64,000 bases of DNA. It comes from Magallana gigas (Eukaryota). Position 1 is the first letter of the stretch. Each line of letters opens with the position of its first letter. The translations under genes and the position numbers were made by a program. Shown here in pieces: positions 36,392 through 51,181 of the stretch. The notes below the pieces were generated by a model that made no database searches, was not told where the DNA came from, and was given only the letters and a program-made list of their open reading frames with translations. The stretch is taken from the NCBI RefSeq assembly GCF_963853765.1, contig NC_088853.1, positions 682,001 through 746,000 of the forward strand. Reading direction: 5' to 3'.

Positions 36392-36715
36392 TATGACTAA
36401 GAGTAATCTGATTTGATGTCTTCTGTGGAGACTATATATTCTTACATGTTCTAATAATAATATTCTATGATTACATGTATGATGTTGTTTGGATGTAAAA
36501 TAATAAAGATAATAATCTAATTTATCGCACTAAGATGGACTACTAAAATGTTTTATCTAAGTCGAAATAACACAATTTCTGTGCCTCAAAAATTGCACAC
36601 CTGACATATAAGAATTAAATTAAAAACGCTTACACTCTTATGACTGTTTTTTTTTTAAATTCTTTTTACGTCGGATCAAAGTAAGTCAATGATTAATCTA
36701 GTCATTGACAAGCGC

Positions 36716-39700
36716 AAGATTGATAGACGCCCAACAAAAGTTATACAGTAGATAGCAAAAGATTGATAGACGCCCAACAAAAGTAATACAGTACATAGCA
36801 AAAGATTGATAGACGCCAAACAAAAGTAATACAGTACATAGCAAAAGATTGATAGACGCCCAACAAAAGTAATACAGTACATAGCAAAAGATTGATAGAC
36901 GCCCAACAAAAGTTATACAGTACATAGCAAAAGATTGATAGACGTCCAACAAAAGTAATATAGTACTTAGCAAAAGATTGATAGACGCCCAACAAAAGTT
37001 ATACAGTACAAAGCAAAAAATTGATAGACGCCCAACAAAAGTAATACAGTACATAGCAAAAGATTGATAGACGCCCAACAAAAGTAATACAGTACTTAGC
37101 AAAAGATTGATAGACGCCCAAAAAAGTAATACAGTACTTAGCAAAAGATTGATAGACGCCCAACAAAAGTAATACAGTACATAGCAAAAGATTAATAGAC
37201 GCCCGACAAAAGTTATACAGTACATAGCAAAAAATTGATAGACGCCCAACAAAAGTGATACAGTATATAATTCAAGTTTGATAGACGCCCAACAAAAGTA
37301 ATACAGTATATAATTCAAGTTTGACAGACGCCAAAGAAAAGTAATACAGCATATAGCACAAGTTTGATAGACGCCCAACAAAAGTAGTACTATTATATAA
37401 CACAAGATTGATAGACGCCCAACAAAAGTAATACAGTACATAGCAAAAGATTGATAGACGCACAACAAAAGTAATACTATTATATAACACAAGATTGATA
37501 GACGCCCAACAAAAGTAATACAGTACATAGCAAAAGATTGATAGACGCCCAACAAAAGTTATACAGTACATAGCAAAAGATTGATAGACGCCCAACAAAA
37601 GTAATACAGAACATAGCAAAAGACTGATAGACGCCCAACAAAAGTTATACAGTATATAATTAAAGTTTGATAGACGCCCCACAAAAGTAATACAGTACAT
37701 AGCAAAAGTTTGATAGACGCCCAACAAAAGTAATACAGTACATAGCAAAAGATTGATAGACGCCCAACAAAAGTTATACAGTATATAGCAAAAGATTAAT
37801 AGACGCCCGACAATAGTTATACAGTACATAGCAAAAAATTGATAGACGCCCAACAAAAGTAATACAGTATATAATTCAAGTTTGATAGACGCCCAACAAA
37901 AGTAATACAGTATATAATTCAAGTTAGACAGACGCCAAAGAAAAGTAATACATCATATAGCACAAGTTTGATAGACGCCCAACAAAAGTAGTACTATTAT
38001 ATAACACAAGATTGATAGACGCCCAACAAAAGTAATACAGTAGATAGCAAAAGATTGATAGACGCCGAACCAAAGTTATAGAGTATATAGCAAAAGATTA
38101 ATAGACGCCCAACAAAAGTAATACAGTACATAGCAAAAGATTGATAGACGCCCAACAAAAGTAATACAGTATATAGCAAAAGATTAATAGACGCCCGACA
38201 ACAGTAATACAGTACTTAGCAAAAGATTGATAGACGCCCACCAAAAGTTATACAGTACATAGCAAAAAATTGATAGACGCCCAACAAAAGTAATACAGTA
38301 CATAGCAAAAGATTGATAGACGCCCAACAAAAGTTATACAGTACATAGCAAAAGATTGATAGACGTCCAACAAAAGTAATACAGTACTTAGCAAAAGATT
38401 GATAGACGCCCACCAAAAGTTATACAGTACATAGCAAAAAATTGATAGACGCCCACCAAAAGTTATACAGTACATAGCAAAAGTTTGATAGACGCCCAAC
38501 AAAAGTAATACAGTACTTAGCAAAAGATTGATAGACGCCCAACAAAAGTAATACAGTACTTAGCAAAAAATTGATAGACGCCCAACAAAAGTAATACAGT
38601 ACATAGCAAAAGATTAATAGACGCCCGACAAAAGTTATACAGTACATAGCAAAAAATTGATAGACGCCCAACAAAAGTAATACAGTATATAATTCAAGTT
38701 TGATAGACGCCCAACAAAAGTAATACAGTATATAATTCAAGTTTGACAGACGCCAAAGAAAAGTAATACAGCATATAGCACAAGTTTGATAGACGCCCAA
38801 CAAAAGTAGTACTATTATATAACACAAGATTGATAGACGCCCAACAAAAGTAATACAGTGCATAGCAAAAGATTGATAGACGCACAACAAAAGTAATACT
38901 ATTATATAACACAAGATTGATAGACGCCCAACAAAAGTAATACAGTACATAGCAAAAGATTGATAGACGCCCAACAAAAGTTATACAGTACATAGCAAAA
39001 GATTGATAGACGCCCAACAAAAGTAATACAGAACATAGCAAAAGACTGATAGACGCCCAACAAAAGTTATACAGTATATAATTAAAGTTTGATAGACGCC
39101 CCACAAAAGTAATACAGTACATAGCAAAAGTTTGATAGACGCCCAACAAAAGTAATACAGTACATAGCAAAAGATTGATAGACGCCCAACAAAAGTTATA
39201 CAGTATATAGCAAAAGATTAATAGACGCCCGACAAAAGTTATACAGTACATAGCAAATAATTGATAGACGCCCAACAAAAGTAATACAGTTTATAATTCA
39301 AGTTTGATAGACGCCCAACAAAAGTAATACAGTATATAATTCAAGTTTGACAGACGCCAAAGAAAAGTAATACAGCATATAGCACAAGTTTGATAGACGC
39401 CCAACAAAAGTAGTACTATTATATAACACAAGATTGATAGACGCCCAACAAAAGTAATACAGTAGATAGCAAAAGATTGATAGACGCCGAACCAAAGTTA
39501 TAGAGTATATAGCAAAAGATTGATAGACGCCCAACAAAAGTAATACAGTACATAGCAAAAGATTGATAGACGCCCAACAAAAGTAATACAGTATATAGCA
39601 AAAGATTAATAGACGCCCGACAAAAGATATACAGTACATAGCAAAAAATTGATAGACGCCCAACAAAAGTAATACAGTATATAATTCAAGTTTGACAGAC

Positions 39701-42700
39701 GCCAAAGAAAAGTAATACAGCATATAGCACAAGTTTGATAGACGCCCAACAAAAGTAGTACTATTATATAACACAAAATTGATAGACGCCCAACAAAAGT
39801 AATACAGTACATAGCAAAAGATTGATAGACTCCCAACAAAAGTTATACAGTATATAATTAAAGTTAAATAGACGCCCAACAAAAGTAATACAGTACATAG
39901 CAAAAGTTTGATAGACGCCCAACAAAAGTAATACAGTACATAGCAAAAGATTGATAGACGCCCAACAAAAGTAATACAGTACTTAGCAAAAGATTGATAG
40001 ACGCCCAACAAAAGTAATACAGTACTTAGCAAAAGATTGATAGACGCCCAACAAAAGTAATACAGTACATAGCAAAAGATAAATAGACGCCCGACAAAAG
40101 TTATACAGTACATAGCAAAAAATTGATAGACGCCCAACAAAAGTAATACAGTATATAATTCAAGTTTGATAGACGCCCAACAAAAGTAATACAGTATATA
40201 ATTCAAGTTTGACAGACGCCAAAGAAAAGTAATACAGCATATAGCACAAGTTTGATAGACGCCCAACAAAAGTAGTACTATTATATAACACAAGATTGAT
40301 AGACGCCCAACAAAAGTAATACAGTACATAGCAAAAGATTGATAGACGCACAACAAAAGTAATACTATTATATAACACAAGATTGATAGACGCCCAACAA
40401 AAGTAATACAGTACATAGCAAAAGATTGATAGACGCCCAACAAAAGTTATACAGTACATAGCAAAAGATTGATAGACGCCCAACAAAAGTAATACAGAAC
40501 ATAGCAAAAGACTGATAGACGCCCAACAAAAGTTATACAGTATATAATTAAAGTTTGATAGACGCCCCACAAAAGTAATACAGTACATAGCAAAAGTTTG
40601 ATAGACGCCCAACAAAAGTAATACAGTACATAGCAAAAGATTGATAGACGCCCAACAAAAGTTATACAGTATATAGCAAAAGATTAATAGACGCCCGACA
40701 ATAGTTATACAGTACATAGCAAAAAATTGATAGACGCCCAACAAAAGTAATACAGTATATAATTCAAGTTTGATAGACGCCCAACAAAAGTAATACAGTA
40801 TATAATTCAAGTTAGACAGACGCCAAAGAAAAGTAATACATCATATAGCACAAGTTTGATAGACGCCCAACAAAAGTAGTACTATTATATAACACAAGAT
40901 TGATAGACGCCCAACAAAAGTAATACAGTAGATAGCAAAAGATTGATAGACGCCGAACCAAAGTTATAGAGTATATAGCAAAAGATTAATAGACGCCCAA
41001 CAAAAGTAATACAGTACATAGCAAAAGATTGATAGACGCCCAACAAAAGTAATACAGTATATAGCAAAAGATTAATAGACGCCCGACAACAGTAATACAG
41101 TACTTAGCAAAAGATTGATAGACGCCCACCAAAAGTTATACAGTACATAGCAAAAAATTGATAGACGCCCAACAAAAGTAATACAGTACATAGCAAAAGA
41201 TTGATAGACGCCCAACAAAAGTTATACAGTACATAGCAAAAGATTGATAGACGTCCAACAAAAGTAATACAGTACTTAGCAAAAGATTGATAGACGCCCA
41301 CCAAAAGTTATACAGTACATAGCAAAAAATTGATAGACGCCCACCAAAAGTTATACAGTACATAGCAAAAGTTTGATAGACGCCCAACAAAAGTAATACA
41401 GTACTTAGCAAAAGATTGATAGACGCCCAACAAAAGTAATACAGTACTTAGCAAAAAATTGATAGACGCCCAACAAAAGTAATACAGTACATAGCAAAAG
41501 ATTAATAGACGCCCGACAAAAGTTATACAGTACATAGCAAAAAATTGATAGACGCCCAACAAAAGTAATACAGTATATAATTCAAGTTTGATAGACGCCC
41601 AACAAAAGTAATACAGTATATAATTCAAGTTTGACAGACGCCAAAGAAAAGTAATACAGCATATAGCACAAGTTTGATAGACGCCCAACAAAAGTAGTAC
41701 TATTATATAACACAAGATTGATAGACGCCCAACAAAAGTAATACAGTACATAGCAAAAGATTGATAGACGCACAACAAAAGTAATACTATTATATAACAC
41801 AAGATTGATAGACGCCCAACAAAAGTAATACAGTACATAGCAAAAGATTGATAGACGCCCAACAAAAGTTATACAGTACATAGCAAAAGATTGATAGACG
41901 CCCAACAAAAGTAATACAGAACATAGCAAAAGACTGATAGACGCCCAACAAAAGTTATACAGTATATAATTAAAGTTTGATAGACGCCCCACAAAAGTAA
42001 TACAGTACATAGCAAAAGTTTGATAGACGCCCAACAAAAGTAATACAGTACATAGCAAAAGATTGATAGACGCCCAACAAAAGTTATACAGTATATAGCA
42101 AAAGATTAATAGACGCCCGACAAAAGTTATACAGTACATAGCAAAAAATTGATAGACGCCCAACAAAAGTAATACAGTTTATAATTCAAGTTTGATAGAC
42201 GCCCAACAAAAGTAATACAGTAGATAGCAAAAGATTGATAGACGCCGAACCAAAGTTATAGAGTATATAGCAAAAGATTGATAGACGCCCAACAAAAGTA
42301 ATACAGTACATAGCAAAAGATTGATAGACGCCCAACAAAAGTAATACAGTATATAGCAAAAGATTAATAGACGCCCGACAAAAGATATACAGTACATAGC
42401 AAAAAATTGATAGACGCCCAACAAAAGTAATACAGTATATAATTCAAGTTTGACAGACGCCAAAGAAAAGTAATACAGCATATAGCACAAGTTTGATAGA
42501 CGCCCAACAAAAGTAGTACTATTATATAACACAAGATTGATAGACGCCCAACAAAAGTAATACAGTACATAGCAAAAGATTGATAGACTCCCAACAAAAG
42601 TTATACAGTATATAATTAAAGTTAAATAGACGCCCAACAAAAGTAATACAGTACATAGCAAAAGTTTGATAGACGCCCAACAAAAGTAATACAGTACATA

Positions 42701-43035
42701 GCAAAAGATTGATAGACGCCCAACAAAAGTTATACAGTACATAGCAAAAGATTGAAAGACGCCCAACAAAAGTAATACAGTACATAGCAAAAGTTTGATA
42801 GACGCCCAACAAAAGTAATACAGTACATAGCAAAAGATTGATAGACGCCCAACAAAAGTAATACAGTACATAGCAAAAGATTGATAGACGCCCAACAAAA
42901 GTAATACAGTATATAGCAAAAGTTTGAAAGACGCCCAACAAAAGTAATACAGTACATAGCACAAGTTTGATATATGCCCAACAAAACTAATACAGTATAT
43001 AATTTAAGTTAGATAGACGCCCAACAAAACTAATA
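36716..43035. repeat. 6.3-kb satellite, 43-bp unit, with higher-order periodicity
   Basis: Unit gatagacgcccaacaaaagtaatacagtacatagcaaaagatt. Identical variant blocks recur at a 2888-bp offset (ORFs 37272/40160, 37997/40885, 38216/41104, 38420/41308, 38694/41582). Confidence 0.97.
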
Positions 43036-43296
43036 ATGTATACACGGTTGTTTTTACTTCGTGTAATTTTCGCCCCTCTACAATTGCCCTTATTGAATTC
43101 GCCAAGACACAGTTGTGTTTAAAGAGAAATAATTGAAGACACCGGAATTCGCCCAGTCTTAAATTCGCTCGCTGACAACGAAGGCGAGTAGAGCGAAAAT
43201 AAGACCGGAGTGAATATTCCACTGTATCCAGTATAGAGGTCCAAAAAGGTCGGTCTTGGCTCCATCGTCACCAGCTTCCCTTAGATCAATACCCAG

Positions 43297-43743
43297 CCTC
43301 AAGTCTGAGTATTGACCTCAAGTCTGAGTATTGACCTCAAGTCTGAGTATTGACCTCAAATCTGAGTATTGACCTCAAGTCTGAGTATTGACCTCAAGTC
43401 TGTGTATTGACCTCAAATCTGAGTATTGACCTCAAGTCTGAGTATTGACCTCAAGTCTGAGTATTGACCTCAAGTCTGAGTATTCACCTCAAGTCTAGGT
43501 ATTGACCTAAAGTCTGTGTATTGACCTCAAATCTGAGTATTGACCTCAAGTCTGAGTAATCACCTCAAGTCTGAGTATTGACCTCAAGTTTGAGTATTGA
43601 CCTCAAGTCTGAGTATTCACATCAAGTCTGAGTATTCACCTCAAGTCTGAGTATTCACCTCAAGTCTGAGTATTGGCCTCAAGTCTGAGTATTGGCCTCA
43701 AGTCTGAGTATTCACCTCAAGTCTGAGTATTTACCTCAAGTCT
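43297..43743. repeat. 19-bp minisatellite (cctcaagtctgagtattga), about 23 copies
   Basis: Direct tandem array. Confidence 0.95.
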
Positions 43744-43759
43744 ATGCACTTTTCATTAA

Positions 43760-44238
43760 AGGGGCATGGTCACGATTTTGGTCAAAAATATTTTTCCGAT
43801 TTTAATAATTACAATGCTTCAGTGAGGTAAACAAAATTTGAGTGTCATTTGTTGAGTAATAAGCGAGTTACAGAGCTTACAATTCTTTGACATGTAAACA
43901 AAGCTTTTGTTTACATTTTGAATGCTGAAGTAAAAATTTCAAATTTAGACCTAAAATGAATGTGTTAAATGTTAGGAACAGTTTATCTATGCTTAAAATA
44001 AATATAAAGATAGAAAAATCAGCTTGAAAAAGGTTTTTAATTGGTATATTGAACCTATGTAAACAAAAACAGGGCACGAGCCTTGTTTACATGACACAGA
44101 TTTGTGAGATCTGTATGTCGCTTAAAACTTAAAGACTTACTCTCAAATTTCATTTGATCATTAGAAATGCATTTCTAAAGCATTGTAAATAATAAAAATA
44201 GAAAAATGGAATTTGACGGAAATCGTGACCATGCCCTT
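43760..44238. mobile_element. TTAA-flanked (Kolobok-like) MITE
   Basis: TIR aggggcatggtcacgattt / aaatcgtgaccatgccctt; TTAA on both sides. Confidence 0.8.
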
Positions 44239-45667
44239 TTAAAGGGTTTAATAAGTTGAGGAATGAGTTTGAGTTGAGTAATTTGAAAATTGTGGTGACG
44301 GTGGAGCCAGGACCAGTAGACACGGGGGGGGGGGGGGGGTGAAGACTTCTGTAAAGTACAGATACATCCTTAATTCTGACCACTTCACAGGTATACATTA
44401 TAAAGGTTAACAGGTAAGCGGACACCTCTGTACAGGTATCCATGTAAGGTGATACCTCTAACAGAATAAACGGAATCTACAAAGGTAAAAAGCAATCATC
44501 TTGTTTTTAATCTATAAAGCACGATCCATCAGTTTGCCGGGGGATTATGGACCGCCGCCATCTTGTGGTGAAGCAATCTGGCTGTCATGGCGGAGAGTTA
44601 AGGTTATTGTTCCTACACGTCTATCGAGCTCTGTTAACGGTATTACAAATAAAGTTGTAAAAACCCGCCAGTTTACGCCAAACAAAGAACCAACAAGAAT
44701 GGTCTCTCCTTAACTTGTTTGGGATGGTTTCACAGTTTTTTTTTGCTGTTGCGTTGATATAGCGTCCACGTGCCGTAATAGGCAGCCGTGTGATAATCCA
44801 TCCTCGCCACTTCTTACATGTACGTTAAGCAATCGTGTTTGTCGGCTCTGTACTTGATTGATTATAAATCTATGGATTAGTAAGATCATATTAGGTAAAA
44901 AAAGGCGAATCTAAATCGATATGATCTAACTTACTTAAAACATGACCTATTTGTTCATTGGCTGATCAAGCGTTCTGCGCCATCGTTTATTTCCACTCGG
45001 CAGTTAGATTTCAGATATTTGACATGAAAGAGGTTGTGAACATACATGTAACATTACAGGAATCTCTATGAAATAGAGACAACTACCACAAGACTATAGA
45101 TCGGGGTGGGGGGGGGGGGTGTCTTCAAATACCTATGACATGGATGTTGATAAATAAAGATAACCAATACGTGATTTTTGATTCATCATGGTATGCTTAA
45201 TTAAAATATTTCACTTTATTGTTCGTATCTATTCAGTACAGATACAATTGCATTATGCTATTTTCAATATCATCTCTCGTTATATTTCACGTCGCGATGG
45301 AAAAAACCCTACTTTCCCTTCTTATTAATTTTACCGTAATTAACTACCTTTATTATTGAAAGACCTGCGCAAATGTAAATAAATAAGTAAATTGAAAATA
45401 TGCATTGAGTTTTTTTTGAAATTACATCAATAAATAATTATAAAAAATGAATCAAATAAAAGCTCTAAGAGTTTATATTTTTCATTAAAGTTTCAGTTTT
45501 TATTAATTTTTCTAGAAACAAAAATATATGCATCGTTATTCCAATAAATGTAACTAATCAAAGACAGTGAGTAGGCAACGATCTGATTGGGTTTTATCTT
45601 TGAAATTGATGTACAATTGTAAAGCTATATTGAAATTTAAAAATATATATATATTAAAATAAGAGAG

Positions 45668-45706
<39 letters not shown>

Positions 45707-46581
45707 TTTGTTAACGAAAAAAACATCTATAATCGGATTTGCTTTAAATAGGAGGGAATCGTATATTGTTTCGTTCGTCACATGTTGGTAAAAATAAAAA
45801 TAAGCATTCCTTTGAAAAAAAAATGTTTACAATTCATGAGAGAAGTGAGAAAAAGATCAAATTCTACTTGCTCATTATGTTATATCAGCAAATAACACCT
45901 GTAATCTCCTCACTTTTAACACCTGCTACTTCAAGATGACACTCACAAATCAGAGCGCTTGAGAAAAGTATCAGAATAGAAGGGTTGAAAATACACGGTC
46001 TCTTAGAGTGAATTTATATCATCATCTGTGAAATGGTTAGAAAAAAAATAAACGAACACCGTTTGAGCCACCAGTTTCGTGTACTAACACCGACATCCCG
46101 GATGCGGGTAGGGTGGGGTGACAGGATTACACAAACTTTCGATTAAATTGTACTGTTAATCGCTTATTTGAACTGCGCATGCACAAGTGGGGATCATTGT
46201 AAATATTTCAATGACTACTTAATTCTAACTAATGCAATGAAACAAGCATAGAAAGAAAAGTACCCAGCTTTGCATTTTAACATTTTGCAGAAATAAGGAC
46301 CGCCGCTTGCAGAAAATATTTCTAAAGTGATGTTCTTTCTTTATTTGCTCAAGACATACATTTTATGGCATAGGTTGTTACATATACAAAACGTAATTAA
46401 AAAGCAATTTTGAAATAAATGTATTGTACCTGTACATATGTAAATCATATATTTATTTTAAACATATTTTATTGATCGAGTCATCGAATGGATTAGGCAA
46501 CAAGCAAAGCCTATATAAACCCTTTCCAAAATACAAAGATTAGAAGTGTTGTTATAAAACAATCACAGAATATAGTATATA

Positions 46582-46760
46582 CAGTAAAACACGCTTATAA
46601 ACACGCGAAGTCCCAGGGACGGACAATTTAACTTCGTTATAAGCGTAATTCGTTATATCCGTCAAGTTTACAACATGAAATAGAGTCTTGGGGAATGAAA
46701 TTCACTTCGCTGTAAGCGTCAATTCATTATAAGCGTGTTCGTTATAACCGTGTTTTACTG
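46582..46760. mobile_element. Tc1/mariner-type MITE, copy 3
   Basis: Same TIRs and internal sequence as 5958-6131; TA flanks. Confidence 0.8.
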
Positions 46761-47427
46761 TATATAGCATTATTTACCAGTTCTCAGAGTGATATATTAT
46801 TGGTATATTTTGTATACAAAGGATAATTGAATATTAAAAAATAAGCCTGACTGTTGTCATATAATTATAAATTGCATTGTTTAACATATACGTGAACACA
46901 TTCATTCCTACATTTATAAACCCATCACCTATTCATTCATACCAACAGACAGACATAGTATAGAGTTCTCATGATCCAGCCCAGAGAAACAGGAATTAAA
47001 AAAAAAACTCATAAGTAAAAAAAAAGTCAAAAACGCTTAGAAGCTATAATATAACTGTGAACATAAGAAACGATTTTAAAAATTTACGTTGTATGAAATG
47101 TCTGAGCTACCATAAAGAATATGGTTAATATGAAAAGGTACATTAATGTCATTAACTTGATTTAAAAGTTTAACTCTTTTTTTAAAGTATCTTGGACACT
47201 CAAGAAAAAAAATTATATTACCTTCAGATTCAGACCCACAGTTTGTACGTCGACTATCATCAATTAAAAAATCCTTGAATAACTGAGCATTTATAAATTG
47301 CTAGCTTTATTCAATAATTGACATATGATAAAATTTATTTTCCTATTGCCAAAGCTGTAGTGTCTGTAAGTTTTGGGTAAATTTGGGTTTTTGTGTTTTA
47401 ACTTAGAAATAGACATAAATGATCAAT

Positions 47428-48553
47428 TATTTTTTCTGAGGATCTTTCATGGACAGTTTATATCAACTCTATTATAGCAAATGCTCAAAAGAAATTGGGA
47501 CTAATGAAAAAACTCAAATTCAAACTTAATAGAAAGTCACTATCATTGTTATATACTTCATTTATAAGACCTCAGTTAGAATATGCATCTGATGTATGGG
47601 GCGGGTGCACTTTCACTGATTCCGAAAGATTAGAACAAATACAATTGATTGCAGCAAGAATCGTCACAGGATTACCTATTTTCGCTTCTAGGGATTCTCT
47701 TTATTTCGAAACAGGGTGGGAAACATTTGATAGTAGAAGGAAAATGTCCAGGCTGAAAACCATGTATAAAATTGATAGAAACCTTTTACCCAATTATGTA
47801 ATGGACATTTTCCCAAATAAACGTGTTAATGCATCCAATTATTTTACAAGAAATGCACAAAATTATAGTATACCAAAATGTCGTTTACAATTGTATAAAT
47901 CTTCATTTGTTCCCACTGTTGTTAATGAATGGAATGCGCTTTCACCGGATGTCCGTGAAAGTGACTCCATTCGCATTTTCAAAGAAAAAATACATGTTTC
48001 TATCATAAATCAAAATGATATTACCTGTCGAACTAAACCTGATTTTTTTACTTATGGTGACAGATTTTTTAATATTATTCATACTAGACTTCGTCATAAT
48101 TGTGTACTAAATAGTGATCTTTTTCGTTGTAATATTATTAATAGTCCACTCTGTTCGTGTGGCAAGCTCGAAGACACTTATCATTATTTTTTCACTTGTA
48201 ATAAATATAAAGAGGCCAGAAATGTTATGCTTAATGAAATTTTCAATATTGTAAATTTAAATATTGTTAATACTCATGTCCTACTTTGGGGCGACAACGC
48301 AATCAGTGTCAGCGAAAACAAACTTTTATTTTCTCTAGTTTATCGTTATATCAAATGTACAAAAAGATTTAGTTGATGTTTGTACACCATTGAAAATTTA
48401 TATATAACTGTCATATGATCTGCTGACCTTACATGTTGTGTATACATTATTTTTACTGTATTATATACTTGTATTGGGAGAGGGCGATCTAAGTTTTTGA
48501 ACTTGTGTCCAATCCCTGTTGTAATTTTTGTACAATAAAAATATGTTCAAATC
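47428..48553 (+). mobile_element. 5'-truncated CR1/L2-group LINE; ORF2 C-terminus (ORF 47495-48376)
   Basis: LYTSFIRPQLEYASDVW (end of RT) and C-terminal RHNC...CSCG..EDTYHYFFTC motif; open frame to the stop; AATAAA and (caaat)n tail; 11-bp TSD aaatgatcaat at 47417-47427 and 48554-48564. Confidence 0.85.
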
Positions 48554-49984
48554 AAATGATCAATGTTTTATTTCTGCATCGAGATTATCAAGTACATTGA
48601 CAATGTATATATATAATAAATACTAACAGGTGAAAAAAGCATATGCTAGTTAAAAGCAGAGAAATGTAATTTATGATAATAAAAGTTTATAAAGCTAGTA
48701 TTTAAAGATATCCTAACATTTTACCTAAGGAATAAGGAATCATTCTATGAGTATTTTGAGGTGATAATTTCGGTTGGGGCGTGGTCAGATCCAATAAACC
48801 CCGAAGGGCTTTATGATAGATTTGATGACGCCCTAACCCGAGCTTATCACCTCATAATATTTAAAGGATGATTCCTTATTACCTATATTTATATAACTTT
48901 ATATACACTTTAAAACAACATTATTTTAAAACCACTATATTTTTTATGTAGCACATGCTATGCATTACAACACGGCGCAGCCAATACCGGTTTTTGGTTA
49001 TGCTATATATAAGACACGCCCATTTTGTGTAACTCATGTTTTATAAAGTTATTGGGTTTTAGGGTTCAAAATAAATTTGTAATGTTGTAACAGACAAAGA
49101 CAGTTGAAAATGTAAATATTTCGGAGTATACTCTGCTTGATTTGATAGTTGTCCATGGTGTCGCATATTGTGGTGATACATTAATAACTATATTATTGAA
49201 TTAGAGCTTTGCCGAGCAAAAATAAGATAGTAAGTAAGAATTGTTTTCAGACCTATATCAAATTTCCTAGAAAGAATAATTTTCATTAGAAAAGTTACAA
49301 ACAAGAATTAAAGAAAAAGGATGAAAAACTATAACTTACAATGTTTTGTTGCTATTCAATTTTATACCTCTGCAGAGATTTGAGCAAATTTAGACGCTGC
49401 CATTTTGTTCTGCTCCAGACACAACAATGTGACGTCAATATGCCAAGGGCAGCTACTCTAAATTAAAAAAAAATCCAAAGGTCCACTACTCTTAATATTT
49501 TAATGATTTGCTGAACACGTTTTCGTGTTAAATAATATGAAATATCGAGATGAGTAGGTGAGGCGGCGGCCAATGACGGCCATATTGCCTAATGTTAATC
49601 CTCAAAGAACCTACATAGAGATATATGAGGCAATCACGTGCCATGTTTAATCCAATGAAAATATGACATTTCAGTCCGAGGGAAAACAAAGATTAATATA
49701 TAGGTTTACGAATCTATAAGTCTACGCATTAATAGATATACGATATATAGGTCTACAGAGCTTAAGATCTATAGATCTAAATAACTACGATTCTATAGGT
49801 CTATAAGTGTACAGATCTGAATATGTACGAATCTTTAGGCCTACATATATTTTTGTCTACATATCTAAATATCTACGGATCTATAGGTCTAAGGATCTAA
49901 ATATCTACGAATTTATGGGCCATGAGGTCGTGGCTATAATGTACTTTAATCCCTGCGTGTATACAAAGATAACTCGCGAAAACG

Positions 49985-50200
49985 ACATAGTATCGCTTGA
50001 AAACAAGATATCATCTTCTGAAAACGAGATATCATCTTCTGAAAACACTATCTTATGAAAACGAAATATCATCTTCTGAAAACGAGATATCATCTTCTGA
50101 AAACACTATCTTATGAAAACGAGATATCATCTTCTGAAAACGAGATATCATCTTCTGAAAACACTATCTTATTGAAACGAGATATCATCTCGTGGAAACG
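49985..50200. repeat. About 21-bp minisatellite (gaaaacgagatatcatcttct), probably inside a MITE
   Basis: Tandem copies with a longer alternating sub-pattern. Confidence 0.8.
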
Positions 50201-50624
50201 CGTAATGTCTCGTGACAAAAAAGATATTATCTCTTTATAACAACGACTTGTATTTTGTCATAAAAATAGCATATTATAAGAAAATATCTTTGAAAACAAC
50301 ATATTATCACATGAAAACGAGATATTTTCTCGAGAAAACGATTTACCGATTTTTATTGTAAAAAACTAGGTATTACTTTGTGTTAACGACATAATTTTTC
50401 GTGAAAATGACAATTTTGCTTTGTATTTTAAAAAAAGATAAATAAATATCTGTCCTTGATGCACCACCTTACGATGGGGACATCTTTTTTATTTGTATAA
50501 ACAATCTTCAAAATAATATGTTGGTCCTGGGGTACCTCAATGGCATCTGCAATGCCAGATTTCCGGTGACCTTTTTAGATTGAACCGTCCAATAAATCCC
50601 GACAAATTAGACAGGATGGTTTAA

Positions 50625-50956
50625 GGTGGAATGACACATCATCACAAAATGGCTGACCACTGATCGAAACGACATTTCGTTTTGTTAAAAGAATTTTATC
50701 AACTGCAAAATGTAACTTACTCCATAGCCGAGTGGATAAAGTGTCGGATTTGTGATCTGTACATTCCAAGTTCGAATCCTGCAGGGGCTTTTGTTGTTAC
50801 TTGCTGAAATAATTATTTTAGATATTCATTTTTTTATTCCCAAACTGCAAATTTTTCGCTTATTTGACAAATGTACAGTCTATTAATCATTTTATCTTTT
50901 TTATAAAATAATGTCCTGTTAATTTGATTGACTTTTTCCAGGTGTGTTATTACACC
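50625..50956. mobile_element. TTAA-flanked (Kolobok-like) MITE with an internal tRNA-like segment, copy 1
   Basis: ttaa|ggtggaatgacac...gtgttattacacc|ttaa; gccgagtggataaag...gttcgaatcc at about 50727-50785. Confidence 0.8.
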
Positions 50957-51181
50957 TTAAAAGAGAAGTATTTGCTTTCTATCATCTTCTATATGTATAT
51001 TGTAATTAGAGAGGGTGTTTTACAAGAAAATTATGTGATTTTTATCATACTATATGAAAATCTTTGAAAACCTGAGGTGTTGATGGATAGAGGGTGTTTT
51101 ACAAGAGAAGTTTGGATTTCTATCATATTACTGTATGAACATCTTTGGAGTCCTGAGCTATTGGTGGATATCAAATAATAT

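Noticed and set aside
36716-43035. CRISPR-like appearance of the regular arrays here and at 13.7, 18.5, 51.5 and 59.5 kb
   Set aside because: There are no unique spacers, no cas genes, and the context is intron-containing eukaryotic DNA.
36676-43222. About 30 long hydrophobic ORFs (up to 381 aa) that look like membrane proteins
   Set aside because: They are translations of the stop-poor strand of the 43-bp satellite, occur in all three frames and repeat identically.
44500-44720. YY1-type ccgccatctt motif as the start of a - strand gene
   Set aside because: The ATG reads into a stop after 17 codons and no downstream exons were found; the motif is also common inside repeats here.
50727-50790. 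Possible tRNA genes (also 18003-18066, 53850-53915, 54670-54760)
   Set aside because: A and B boxes are present but acceptor and anticodon stems do not pair cleanly, and they lie within repeats.
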